Assembly (NCBI GenBank): GCA_030390025.1
Contig: CM059431.1
Span: 155,126,001-155,190,000, forward strand
DNA: 64,000 nucleotides
Direction of reading: 5' to 3'
Origin: Squalus acanthias
Lineage: Eukaryota
The translations under genes were made by a program, and so were the position numbers. The notes under the pieces were generated by a model. That model was not told the DNA's origin and made no database searches. It was given only the letters and a program-made list of their open reading frames with translations. Numbering within the stretch: the stretch's first letter is position 1; each line of letters opens with the position of its first letter. Shown here one piece after another: positions 25,390 to 37,060 of this stretch.

Positions 25390-28300
25390 CTAAATACTGC
25401 GAATGGTGCCACGAGCTTTTCCCAGTGGCGGGGGGACACTGACCCCTGCCTTTGATCTGCCACAGCCTGTCGCCGCTGCGCTGGGACTGGGATCTCCGTG
25501 GGCTGCCTTGAACTTACGCCTGGGGGTGTACGAGGGATTTGACCACAACTTCCTGGGCTGGGGTGTCTGACTCGACCTGCGGAGGGCTACCTTGGGCAAG
25601 ATTTCCAGGACCGACGGACCGGGAACCGAGACTTCCACCGTCACGGCCTGTGGTCCCACCACAGTCGCCGCATCTGTCTCCCCTGGCTCCGCCCCCCTGG
25701 GCTCGGGGTCTGCAGTTTCCGACTCCACCCTACTTGTCTCTCCAGTAAGTGGAACTCCACTCGCAATCCCTATCTCCCCTATGCTTGGGTCGAGGGCTGA
25801 ACCTCCGTCCTCCGAACCCACCACCTCTCCGACCGGGTCACTACCTTGGTCGAGCTCTCCGAGCTCTTCATCATCTGAATCCCAACACCAAGAAAAGGTC
25901 CTACACTTTTCCAGAATGTCCTCTCCCCTCAAGCAGGCTGCTTTACCGGCCTGTGTGCCCTGCGGTTCTACACGGGGCTGAGAGTCCCCACTCGCAGGTT
26001 TGGCCCCTGTGATTGGCCCCTGTGCACCCGGTTTATACAACTTGCACTGGTTAATGTGGAACCATTTCGTGCGCCGGGGAACCTTTATGGCGTTCACCAT
26101 GGGACTCGGCTTATCTACAATACTGTAGGGTCCCATATACAGTGGTTCCAAACTCCCTACTCTGTTATAGTTCCTAACCATGACCTGATCTCCGACTTCC
26201 CACTCCTGCTTCTTACGGGGTTCCAGTAACAGGCGATTGCCCTGGTGCTGTCTTCCCATGTTCCCAGCCGCCTGCTCGTGAACCTGCTTCAGGTGCTCCA
26301 AGAGGGTCTGGACAAACTTGTCCCGTTTCACCTCTTGGAGCTGACCCTCAGTGAGCACAGGGGCTAGTACATGGGTGGGGGTACGCATGATCCTCCCAGT
26401 CATCACCTCGTACGGGGAATACCCCGTACTCATCGACTGGCTGGCCCGGATCCCCATGAGGACTAGAGACAGAACCACCGCCCATTTTTGGGGCGAGTTC
26501 ATAGTCTCTTTCCTCAGTTTTTCCTTGAGGGTCCGGTTCATGCGTTCAACAATCCCTGATGACTGGGGATTGTGCGTTACGTGCCACTTCCCTTCAATGA
26601 CCAAAAGCATGAGCGTGTTCTGCATCACCTGGCCGGTGAAATGACTCCCTTGGTCTGACTCCACGAAACGGGGGAGTTCCCACCGCGAGAACACTTCCCG
26701 GACCAAGCTCTTGGCAGTAACCAGCGCCGTAGCTGTTCTACAGGGAAAGGCTTCTACCCACTTGGAAAACACATCCACCAGGACGAGGCAGTATATGTAG
26801 CCTCCCTGGGTGTTGGGCAGGGACCCAATGTAATCGGTCTGTATCGACTGCCATGGTCCCTCCACCCTCCTGATGTGCCCCAATAGCACTTTCCTTTTCT
26901 GGGGGTCTGGGTTGTTTGCAGCGCACACAAGACAGCTTTCACAGAACTCGCGGACCTGCTCCCTGAGTCCCGGCCACCATCCCGCCTGAAATACCCGTTG
27001 CCAGGTAACCTCAGGCCCGGGGTGTCCTGCCCCGCCCCCTCATGAGCCAACTGGAGGAATTCCCTCCTGTACTGCTGCGGCACAACCCACTGCTCCTCGC
27101 GGAACAGCATGCCTTCTTTGACGGAGAGTGTTGCCGTACTGTACGGGCCCTCTACCGACTTGCCCTCAGTAATCGTTCTGAGAACTGCTTTTAGGGCGGG
27201 ATCCTGGTTCTGGACGGTCTTAATGTCTAGGGGCAGTGCTACCCTGGTGTTCCCGGGATTCACTTCCCTGCCTTGGATCGCTGCCAAGGGTCCGGGTCCA
27301 TAGGTGTCCCAGAAAATGCCGTTACGGGCACCTTCCCAGGCTAGCGCATCCGCCTATATAATAATGGTTGCCCTCCCCGCGGGGTTCTGTGGAGGAGTGA
27401 GCCTTCACCTTGTGGATGAAAATCTCCCCTTCCTCCCCCACTGCTGCTAGGATCTTTTCCAGCAAGGGCTTCTCCGTTAAAGGTCTCCCGTCCGCGTAGG
27501 CGTAGCCACGGCGGGACCAAATGGCCAGGTATTCCGTACACGAATTGCACGTAAATATACTGTCCGAACAAATCGTGTATGGGGTTGGGAAGATTTCTGG
27601 GTGGGTAACGAGGTACCCCACCGCAGACTGCTAAGCCTGCTGCGCGCTCATCGTGCTGGGGAGTTTAATTGTCAAGGCAAGGTTTGCCGCAGTGTCATAA
27701 ACTCCACACCTTGTAAGTCGTTCGCCAGCGGACACTGTGCTGGAACCATCAACATAAATCTCGCGGCCTGTGGGATGTATCCCGGCCCGCAAACCTATGT
27801 TGCCCTCCCACACCCCTTCCACCGAACACTGGTGGGCTGTTCCGGGGTATACCAAGTTGGCCGCGAGCCTGGGCTCGCAAAGACCTCTAACTCTAAGATC
27901 CATCTTGGAAAGGAGAACGGGTCCAGCGCGCAATACGAGCGCTGCTTACGGTCCCAACCTGAATCCTCCAATCCAGAAGCATCTTGGTTGGCGTGTGATG
28001 GGTGAGGAGAGTGATGGGAGAGAGCCCTGTGAAGATCGCTGATCTTTTCACAGCCCAATGCGTGGCTAAAAGATGCCTTTCACATTTGGAAAAACTGCTT
28101 TCCACATCCGTTAACACCCTGGTCGAATAGACAACCGGCCTCAGCTTGCCGGGACGCTCTTGGAGCAGCACGGCGCTCAAGCTGTCTCCGCTGGCAGCTA
28201 CCTCCGGGAAAAACTCCTCCCCCCAATCTATGGCCCCTAAAGCTGGCGCGGTCTGCAGATCCCTTTTTAACTTCTCGAATGCTGCCTGACAACCCTCGTC

Positions 28301-29677
28301 CCAAGACCATTCCACTCCCTTATGGAGGAGTCGGAGCAGCGGAGCTGCTGTGGCCGCATAGTCCTCGATGAAGTCTCTACAGTAACCGGTCAGTCCCAGA
28401 AGGGTCCTCACACCCGTTATGGCGTTGGGAATCGGGAACTCCTGCACCGACTCCCTCCTAGCCTTATCTATGGCTCTTTCCCCCGCGCGAATGATCAGAC
28501 CAGGAATTTTACTTCCTGCTGACCGATACGTGCTTTCTTAGGGTTAACTTTAAAACCCTTCCTCCATAGCAGCTCCAATAACTCGGCTATCAGTGGTCCA
28601 TGCTCCTCCCTTGAGTCCGTGAACAGGAGCAAATCATCCACGTACTGCACTATCTGATTGGGCTGACTAAACTCCTTTAAACTTCCTGCCATACACCCCT
28701 GTGGCAAACAGTTCCATGTGTACTGTTGTCCTTTGAAAGTAAAGGCAAACTTGTACTGGTCCTCTCGCCGCAGCGGGATGGACCAAAAACCGTTCGAGAT
28801 ATCCAGCACCGTGAACGTGATCGCGGACGCTGGGATACTCCCTATTAGGTCAGCAACTGCTGCTACTGTGGTAGCGCAGGCCGGGATGTTACTGTTAAGG
28901 ACTCTGTCGTCCACCGTGGCCCTCCACGAATTATTCGGCTTCCTTACCGGTCATAATGGGGAGTTCACGTGTGTGGCTATCGGCCTCAACACGCCCTGCT
29001 GCCCTAATGAGGACATTGCTGTCTCCATGGCGGGTTCTGCTTCTTTGGGGAAGTTGTACTGCTTTTTGGGCCGGGTTATGGGGTCCCGTCTATGCTGACC
29101 TCAAACCCGATAACCCTCCCACAATCGTGCTTGTGGGTTGCAAACGCATGCATATTATCTGACACGTACGTTTGCATGTCCGTTGGGACATCCGCGACCA
29201 TAAGCCCGAGGTCGTAACCTCCGGATGGCTTCATGGAACACACGGCCCCTTTTCCTTCCTTCCCTGGGATTACAGCTACCTTGCCTTTTCCACCCTTGGC
29301 TCCCCAGAGACAGTGATTCCTAAGGTCCACGAGGATCCCGTGTTCCGCTAGGAGATCTGATCCGAGGATACCTCTGCTACCCCCCTCTTGCCATTTCATC
29401 AGTATGCACTTCCATGTGGTGTGGAGTGCTCCTAAATGAATGGAGAGCGGAATGGAGAATGCGCCAGCCTGGTCTTTTCCCGTGAACCCCGCTAATGTGA
29501 ATGGACCTTGGTAGACAGTGGTGAGTCAAAGGGGCTATCCGTATGGATCACGGTGCATGAAGCTCCCGTATCCAACAAGTAACTACCCTTCTGCTTCTCT
29601 ACCTCCATCTCTACCAGGGGTCTTTTCCACGCATCATAGCTGAGCGGACACAGGTAAACGGGCTGTGCGGGCTTTAG
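25390..29677 (-). pseudogene. pol: pol: protease, RT, tether/degenerate RNase H, RNase H, integrase with long C-terminal tail
   Basis: YLLDTGAS (about 29555-29580); LDISNGFWSIP, LPQG, QYVDDLL; EVAASGDSLSAVLLQ..RPVVYSTR; IYVDGSS..AQQA..ICSDS..HKVKAH; IQTDYIG..VDVFSKWVEA..SDQGSHF..SSGIVERMNRTLK; GPY. Confidence 0.93.
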
Positions 29678-31395
29678 TCATTGGGTACTGGTGGACGGGG
29701 TTGTGGCATCTGTGGGGCCGGTAGCGACTGCCACCCTCCCTTGCAAAATCATAAGGGACCGCAACATTGATTTTATCGCATCGGGATGGATAGACACACC
29801 AGCTTCTTTCTCAGAGACAGGCGCTTGGGATCGGACTGCGGAACTTTTTCCCTGGAGTCCTTCCAAGGATTCCTGCAGTTTTTCCGCCAGTGACCTGTCT
29901 TCCCGCACCCGTAACAAACACCACTGGATTGTGGGGCGCGATTTCCCTCCTGATGCCACTCTTTCTGAGCCGGAGTTGCGGGCCTTGCCTCATGCACCTT
30001 TCCGTTAAGAGGACGCGCTCCTGTGCTCCCAGTGTTCCGATACCCTATAGTGAGTCGGTTTAGGACAGCCTCCTCCGTTGTGTCGGTGTTAGTGGGATCA
30101 AACCACGTTCTGGCCTGCTCCCTGACGGCTGGCAAACTGTTGGCTACCATGCACCTGAGCCAATGAGCTTTCCCGGCACCGTCCAGGTAGTTGCGCCATG
30201 GCGCACCTGGGCAGCTACGCTGGTATACTGGCCACAGTCTGTCGGCGAAAACCCGCGGGGGTTCTCCCTCCATCTGTACGGTCTGACACAATCAGACGAA
30301 CGGTCCTTCGTCATCCGCCCCTAACACTTCTAGGACCTCGTCCCGTAACTCCACATAGGTTTTATTTCCCTTCTTGCTCTCGTCGGAGAGACACTGAAGG
30401 ATCGAGCTATCTAAAGAGAACAGCAACATTTTGGTCTTTTCATCATCGTCGCAGCCATTAATTGCTGCGGTCTGTTCTACTTCTCTAAAATGTACGGAAG
30501 GGTCATCTGACTCGCTCAGCTTCCGTACATAGCTAATCATTGTTCTCAGCTGTTGTGAGCTGTGGGGCAGTACAAGTTGGTTCAGGATATCCCCGTCTTC
30601 CCTATTGTCTGCACTGGGGCCTCTCTTGTGACCTCGGAGCGGACACATCGGTCTCGGTCTCGACTCTACCTCCGGGGATTGTCCTACCTCGGGAACTTTC
30701 TTCTCTATTTCCACCACTTCCTCCCTTACCCAGGTTGCCGAATAGCTGGGTGGCGCGGAGGGCATTGTGGCAGATACCTCTTCTGCTTTTTCTGTTAGGG
30801 ATTTTGGGAATTCCCTACCCACCTGTGGCTGGCTCGCTGACGGGCTGATGAGACACACCAAGCCGTTTGCCTTATTCAGGGCCTCTCTTCGGTTCCCTAT
30901 CTCCTTCTGGCAAACACTGTGGTCGGCTCCCTCGTGCCTATCCTCGAGGGCCATCTTATATGCCGCCCTACCTCCCTTCAAGCTCTCTTCCTGGGCTTTT
31001 ATCTGGCTAACCAAGCGGATACACGGTTCTCTAATCCTACCCTCGTTTAATTTCGCTTCCGTGACCTGACATTCTAGGTAATCAATTTTAGCCTCATAGT
31101 GGTTGGCTACTATTTGGCGTTCCTGATGTAACGCATTCAATGATGCAATGAGTTTCTGTCCTCCCATGACCTTTTCCTCCATCTCAACTTCCAATTCCCT
31201 GATCTGAGCTGCCTGTGCTGCAATGACATGGCCCGAAAGTTGGACTTGCTTCTTGCAGTACATCAGCCAGACCGCTTTCTCCACCGACTTCTTATGCTCT
31301 CTACTGCCTGTCCATTTGATGGCGGCGTCTAGGGGACGCTTATCCAACAGTAGGTCACTTATCCACTTTTTGGTTAAGTTAAGCTTCCCAAACAC
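29678..31395 (-). pseudogene. gag: gag: N-terminal coiled coil, capsid-like region, CCHC zinc knuckle
   Basis: ORF 30292-31395 (heptad-rich) continues in frame past one TGA into 29773-30291 with CYGCGKTGHWRKNC; C-terminus frameshifted into 29678-29959. Confidence 0.85.
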
Positions 31396-31469
31396 ATAGT
31401 CGATACCCTCTCATCCATCATATTTCGCCTATTCAAACCAGGTTCTAAAACATTACTCTCCTGCTGCCA

Positions 31470-31489
31470 GAGTCCTGCCGCGGTCGCCA
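31470..31489 (-). promoter_or_regulatory. Primer binding site, tRNA-Arg(UCG)
   Basis: Minus strand TGGCGACCGCGGCAGGACTC, 5 nt after the 5' LTR; complementary to the 3' end GAGTCCTGCCGCGGTCG-CCA recalled for vertebrate tRNA-Arg-TCG. Confidence 0.85.
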
Positions 31490-31494
31490 TTTTA

Positions 31495-33117
31495 TGTAAG
31501 TGGGCGTGTCTCAGACGGTGCTGGTGCGAGGTTAGGCCTTCGTTGCCTAATACTATTGCTTGCTCTAGTCTCCGGCCAGCCTTTTTGCAATAAGCACCTG
31601 TGAGTGGTTCGACCCACTCGCCCTTACGGTTCTAACACTGCACTTAGGGGCAGGGAGCAGTAATGCAGAGAAAACTCAAATAGACCCGGTTGAATAGAAC
31701 GAAATGGAAATCGTTATTGCATAGCGTCCAAAATCATGAAGTACATGTCATAGGCGCAAATCAACGAGAGTACAAGTATACATACATTCATAAAGCTTGG
31801 TCTATGGAAATGAAGAACACACGGCACATCGTAAAAAGGGAAACACATTATACCTTAACCTTATTAAAAACCACCCTCCCTTAACAATACCTACACTTCG
31901 TCTAGATTTGTAGGATCGGAAAACATGCTCACCACTCGTGTTACTTCGGAGATTTTTAAAGTGAGGCACTCAGCTCGTTTCACTGCAGCGCCTGACTGTC
32001 ACGTGTTTGGAAGGGCTTCTGCACCCCACTTGTTTACTTTCGCTGTGCGAAAAGCAGGCCAGACTCTCTGTTGTCATGAAGAACTCGGCAGAATTCGGAA
32101 CGGTTGTAAAATTCAAAGAAGAGTCTTCCTGTGCTCGAGACAGGTTGTAGTCGGTAGAACTCAAAGAAGAGTTTTTTATTTATATTTTCGGGCGTGGTCG
32201 GGGTTTACTGACCGTGGCGGCACGTGGATTCTTCTCGTCTTCTTCTCGTCTCGTCTCTTCGGGCCTTCGGGTCCAGACACCGTTTACCGACACTCGTGAT
32301 GGTGTACCCTGTTACTTGCACTTGTCGGGGCGGCTCGTTCCGATTGAGCTCCACCCAACATTCGAATAACCTACCAGTACGGCTAAGAGTCAAGAGTCAA
32401 CAAAGTCCAGAGAAACACAAAAGTACAGCTCCAAGGAAGAGCTTCAGCAAGGGTCCGCCGAGAGATAAGAGAAAAATAAGAGAGCGATGGACATTTGTTC
32501 TCTATAGTTATAGTGCTGTGTCCCCTTATCTCCCGCTCAAATCTTAATGTTTGTCCTTTGTGTAATATTGGCGCACAAAACTCCCAGCATGGGGCGATTC
32601 TTCTCTTTAACGGGTTTCGGTAGCACGTGAAACTGGCCAACTATCTGTTAATGTTTTCCCCATTGTTGCCCCAGCCAGGAGTCTCCCTGACTAGTTTTGG
32701 GGCCTCCACGAATACTGACTTAATCACCCGTCAATGTCTCTCTCATTGTAGAGCCGTGGGGGTATTTGTGCATTGATGTGTCTGGATGGGCCTTCAATTG
32801 CCCAGTACAATGGTCCTTACTGTGCATAGGAAAACGATTCCAGCACTTATATCTTTGCTATTGTTCCAAATGCAAACGGGTTGCATCCTGTCTTTATCAG
32901 TGTTTACCGACTATGATCCAATCTTATACTGAATGTTTATCCGACGCCATCTTGTCTGCCCACTGTATTTCTGGAAGCTTCTGCCAAGATGCGCGGCGGC
33001 CATTTTACAGGTTTCTGTGTCCTTTATTATCAGGACAGCATTTCGTTTAATAAAACTGATCAAACGAATCTGCTTCTCTCTTGTTATTTTGAATCGCGAT
33101 AATTGCGAAACTTTACA
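31495..33117 (-). repeat. 5' LTR of provirus 1 (1623 bp)
   Basis: Direct repeat of 20761-22383; about 12 mismatches counted by eye in the first 240 nt. Confidence 0.95.
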
Positions 33118-33333
33118 GAATTCTCTACCACAGAAGGCAGTAGAGGCCAATTCATTAAATATATTTAAGAAGGAGTTGGATATATTTCTTAAAGCTAAAG
33201 TGATCAAGCGATATGGGAAGAAGGCAGGGACAGGGTACTGAATTTGGATGATCAGCCATGATCTCATTGAATGGCGGAGTTGGCTCCAGGGACTGAATGG
33301 CCTGCTCCTGCTCCGATCTTCTATATTTCTATG
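33118..33333 (+). mobile_element. CR1 3' end, right part of the LINE split by provirus 1
   Basis: Continues NSLPQKAVEANSLNIFKKELD..; CR1 tail ending ttctatatttctatg. Confidence 0.93.
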
Positions 33334-33334
33334 A

Positions 33335-33888
33335 CATGCGCAGAATTCCACGTATCGCGTGGGCCGGCCGAACCAATGAAAGAAGGGAATCCCAATATAT
33401 GCGTATGGGGATTCTGCACGACCGGAATCCCCATAAGCATGAATGGGGATGACATAAGAAACATACTGAAATACCAAATAATTAAAAAAAGTTACGTATT
33501 TAAAATTAATTAAGATACTATTTAATTAAACATTTTAAACAAATGTTTACTATTTTGAAAAATAATTTTAAACGTTTTAAATGTGCTAAAAATAACCTAA
33601 ATTTATTTTACTGGTGTTTTAAAGTTTAAATAATTGTATAAAAAAAATATTTATTTAAACACTTATGCTGTCAACAGAACGCCTTACGCCAGCTTTTACC
33701 AGCCAGACGATTTTCACGGGCATTCGCTGGGCAGTAGTTGCGCGAATAACCCAACTCTCTACCCGCGAATGCCCTTTTCCCGGGAATTATTCGTGACAGA
33801 TCGTAAGTTCCGGCTTTTCACGCATGCGCTTCCAGTGCCTACGGGTGTGTACGCGGTCGCACCCGTAGGCACTGGAAAATACGGGCCA
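33335..33888. mobile_element. MITE-like relic of the same family as 17540-18491 and 39002-39765
   Basis: Imperfect terminal inverted repeats (gcgcagaattcca / tggaaaatacgggcc), AT-rich core, cgcatgcgc block. Confidence 0.5.
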
Positions 33889-34369
33889 ATGTTTTTCCCA
33901 CCAGTAAATCCCCAAGCAGACCTGTCACCTGAAGCTCCGAGAATTAAAGTGAAGTGTCCCTTTGCTCTGAGGCACTTGTCGTGTCCGGCACCGGCAGTTT
34001 CTTTCGCGTAAGTCCCCGCCCAGCGATCGAACAGAATCAACAACCTTTCCTCATTGTGTCAAATCAAGCAGATAAAGCGAGGTATCGCCCTTGCAGAAAG
34101 GTTAAGGCGATGACCTAGAATTCAGTATTCGATTCCTGCCGGCTATGGGCCTCCTCCTTCCCTTTAAAAATAAACAGAAGGTTCACTATTGTTTTCCAAC
34201 ATATAGTAATAAATATGGAGCATTTGGTGATACATATGGATAATCTGGTGATAAATATGAGCATTCCCCCCCACATACTTTAAACAAAGCTGTTTGAACA
34301 TAATTGATCTCTTATCAGTAGTGTGGTTCTTATCGGCTCGAACAGATGTCCATTGGATATCTACCACTG

Positions 34370-34660
34370 CTCCCTTTTAGCAGGCTCGAGGGGCTGAATT
34401 GCATCCTGCTTGTCGAGTAACGGACTCGAGGGCCAAATTGGCCTTCGCTTTTTCCTATATATCTTGCTCTAGCAGCTGAATGGTCTACTCATGTTCCAAT
34501 GTAACAGGTTCAACTGGCTGGATGACCGACTCCTGTTCCTCTGTAACAGGTCCGTGGGACCGAATCGATGACTGATCCTCCTCTGTAACATGTTCGAAGG
34601 GTTGACCGGCCTATTCCCATTCCTGTGTAACATGCTGGAGGAGCGGAATGGCCTACTCCC
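34370..34660 (+). repeat. About 40-bp tandem repeat derived from the CR1 3' tail stem-loop
   Basis: About 7 degenerate units of GTAACAGGCTCGAGGGGCTGAATGGCCTACTCCTGTTCCTAT. Confidence 0.7.
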
Positions 34661-35985
34661 TTATGAATGAATACTTTGCATCTGTCTTCAATAGAGAAGC
34701 GGGTGCTACCAATGTAGCAGTAAAGGAGGAGGTAGTAGCGATATTGGATAGGATAAAAATAGATAAAGAGGAGGCACTTAAAATGTTTGCAGTTCTCAAA
34801 GTAATTATGTCACCCAGTCTGGATGGGAGGCATCCTAGTTTACTGAGGGAAATAACGGTGGAAACTGCAGAAGCTCTGATTACATTTTGCAAATGCTCCT
34901 TAAATATGGAGTTGGTGGCAGAGGACTAGAGGATTGCAAATACTAAACCACTGATTAGAAAGGGGAGAGGGATAAGTCGAGCAATAAACATTCAAGCTAA
35001 AGTCGGTAGTGGGAAACTTTTGGAGACAATAATTCAGGACTACATTTTTTGGCTTTTGGAAAAGTATGGGCTAATAACTGAAAGTCAGGACCGACTTGTT
35101 AAAGGTAAACCGTGTTTGGCTAACTTGATTGAGTTCTTTGATGAAGTAACGGAGAGGATTGATGAGGGTAATGCGGTTGACTTTGAGTATGTAGACTTTC
35201 AAAAGACTTTTGACAAAATACCACATGATAGACTTGTTAGCTAAATTAAAGGTCTTGGAATTAAAAGGACAGCGGCATCGTGAATAAGACATTGCAATGG
35301 AACAGATAGGCGAGAGTAGCGGTGAATGGTTGCTTGTTTAGACTGTAGGAAATTATAACGTGGTATTCCCCAGGGCTCGGACATAGGACCACTGCACTTT
35401 TCGATATATATTAATGAACCGGACTTTAGGAAACTCCAACTTGAGAAGTGGGAGTATTGTGCTCAATTCTGGGTAAAACATTTTAGGAAGGCTATCAAGT
35501 GCTTAGAGAGGGGGTAGAAGAGATTTACTGGAATGTTATCATGGATGAGGCACTTCCGTTATGTGAAGAGAGTGGAGAAGCCGGGCTGTTCTCCTTAGTG
35601 CAGAGAAGGCAAAGAGGATTTGTGATATAAGTGTTCAAGATCATGACCTGTTTTGATAGAATGAATAAGGAGAAACAGATTTCAGTAGTGGAAGGGTCGT
35701 TAACCAGAAGACACAGATTTAAGGTGATTGGGAAAAGAACCAGAGGCGACAGTAGGAAACATTCTTTACACAGCGAACTGCTGTGATTTGGACTGCACTG
35801 CCTGAAAGGGTGGTGGAAAAACATTCAATGGTAATATTCAATACAGAAATGGATAAATACTTGGGGGGAGAAATAAATTACATGGCTATGGGCAAGAGCA
35901 GTAGAGTGGAATTAATTGGATAAATCTACCAAAGCGCTGGCACATGGGCCGAAAGGCCTCCTTCTGTACTGTATCATTCTCTATT
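34660..35985 (+). mobile_element. Old CR1 ORF2 fragment with tail, internally deleted
   Basis: NEYFASVF, KPCLANLIEFFDEVT..DFQKTFDKIPH; tail gggccgaaaggcctccttctgtactg. Confidence 0.8.
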
Positions 35986-36589
35986 TAAATGAATCCCCGA
36001 AAAATAGGGAGAAAAGACCAGGCTCAGCATTAGGCTTCAAAAGCTGCCATTGAAACGGGCAAAATGTTAGTTGAAATAATGTTTTCGATAACTGCAGCAG
36101 CAATAACAAAGTCCTTACTTAGTTTTGTCATGACACAGGGCAAAAACAGAACCATAGCGTCGTTAAAGACACAACAGGACAAACGCTAGCATATGGCTAA
36201 GACAGTTCAGAGTTTTTGCACGGCTAGGTAGCATCAGTCTTCACTCCAGTAGATGATGCTCTGTTACCATTAATGCAATGAATAGTTAGTACTGGTGTTG
36301 ATAATGCCAAAGTAGCTACACGTATAATCCAGAATAAAATAACGGGAGTAGGGGATAGGAATTCATCTTGGGCGGCAGTCCAGAAAGGGCCGGAACGAAT
36401 TCGCCGCCTGTTATATTCGCCGCCCCATATTCCGTTCTATTGAAGTCAGTGGAACTTTGTGGTGCCATAAAAGACAAATTACTACCCCGGCGTTTCAAGT
36501 CTGACCGGGTCCACGTGCGTCTGGCATTCATCCCAAGGGATGTGTTAAGTTTGCACCTGGTCTATATCCTTAATAGTTCACTACAAATG

Positions 36590-37060
36590 GTATATTACCA
36601 CATGAATTGTAGGGAAGTTAATACTGTTCCAAATTTTAAAAGGTAACAATCAGATCCAGGAAATTATAAACCAATTAGCTTAACTTCCGCTTAGTGGAAA
36701 GTTGTGAGAAGGGATCATTACCGATACCCTATATGGCAACGTGGAAATAATAGGAGTTATCAACAACATGGCTTCTAAAATAGAATGTCATATCTCACCA
36801 ACTTGGGTCATTGTTCTGAGGAAGTAAACCGGTTTGTTGTTGACATTAAATATTTAGAACTAGAGGAAACGTTTAACAAGGTGCCTCACAAGGCCTCACT
36901 TCATAACATGGCTTCCTGCGGGAGAAGAGGGTAGATTCTGGATTTGATAGGTACTTGGTTATATTTTCGCAGAACAAGGCTTGTTATTAACGGGCGCGGC
37001 TGTACTTGGATAACGGTTACTGGTGGAGTCCCGTAAGGATCCGTGTAGTGACCATTGTTC
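36590..37060 (+). mobile_element. Very old CR1 RT fragment
   Basis: gatccaggaaattataaaccaattagc (DPGNYKPIS); ggagtcccgtaaggatccgtg (GVP.GSV). Confidence 0.6.

Larger units (their letters stand above)
20761..33117 (-). mobile_element. Full-length endogenous retrovirus-like provirus 1 (lokiretrovirus-like; gag-pol-env-orfX), defective
   Basis: Two 1623-bp LTRs TGTAA...TTACA; 4-bp TSD GAAT (20757-20760, 33118-33121) splitting a CR1; PBS, PPT, gag, pol and env all identifiable. Confidence 0.95.

Noticed and set aside
32911..33477. 188-aa minus-strand ORF
   Set aside because: Chimeric frame running across MITE, antisense CR1 tail and U3; accidental
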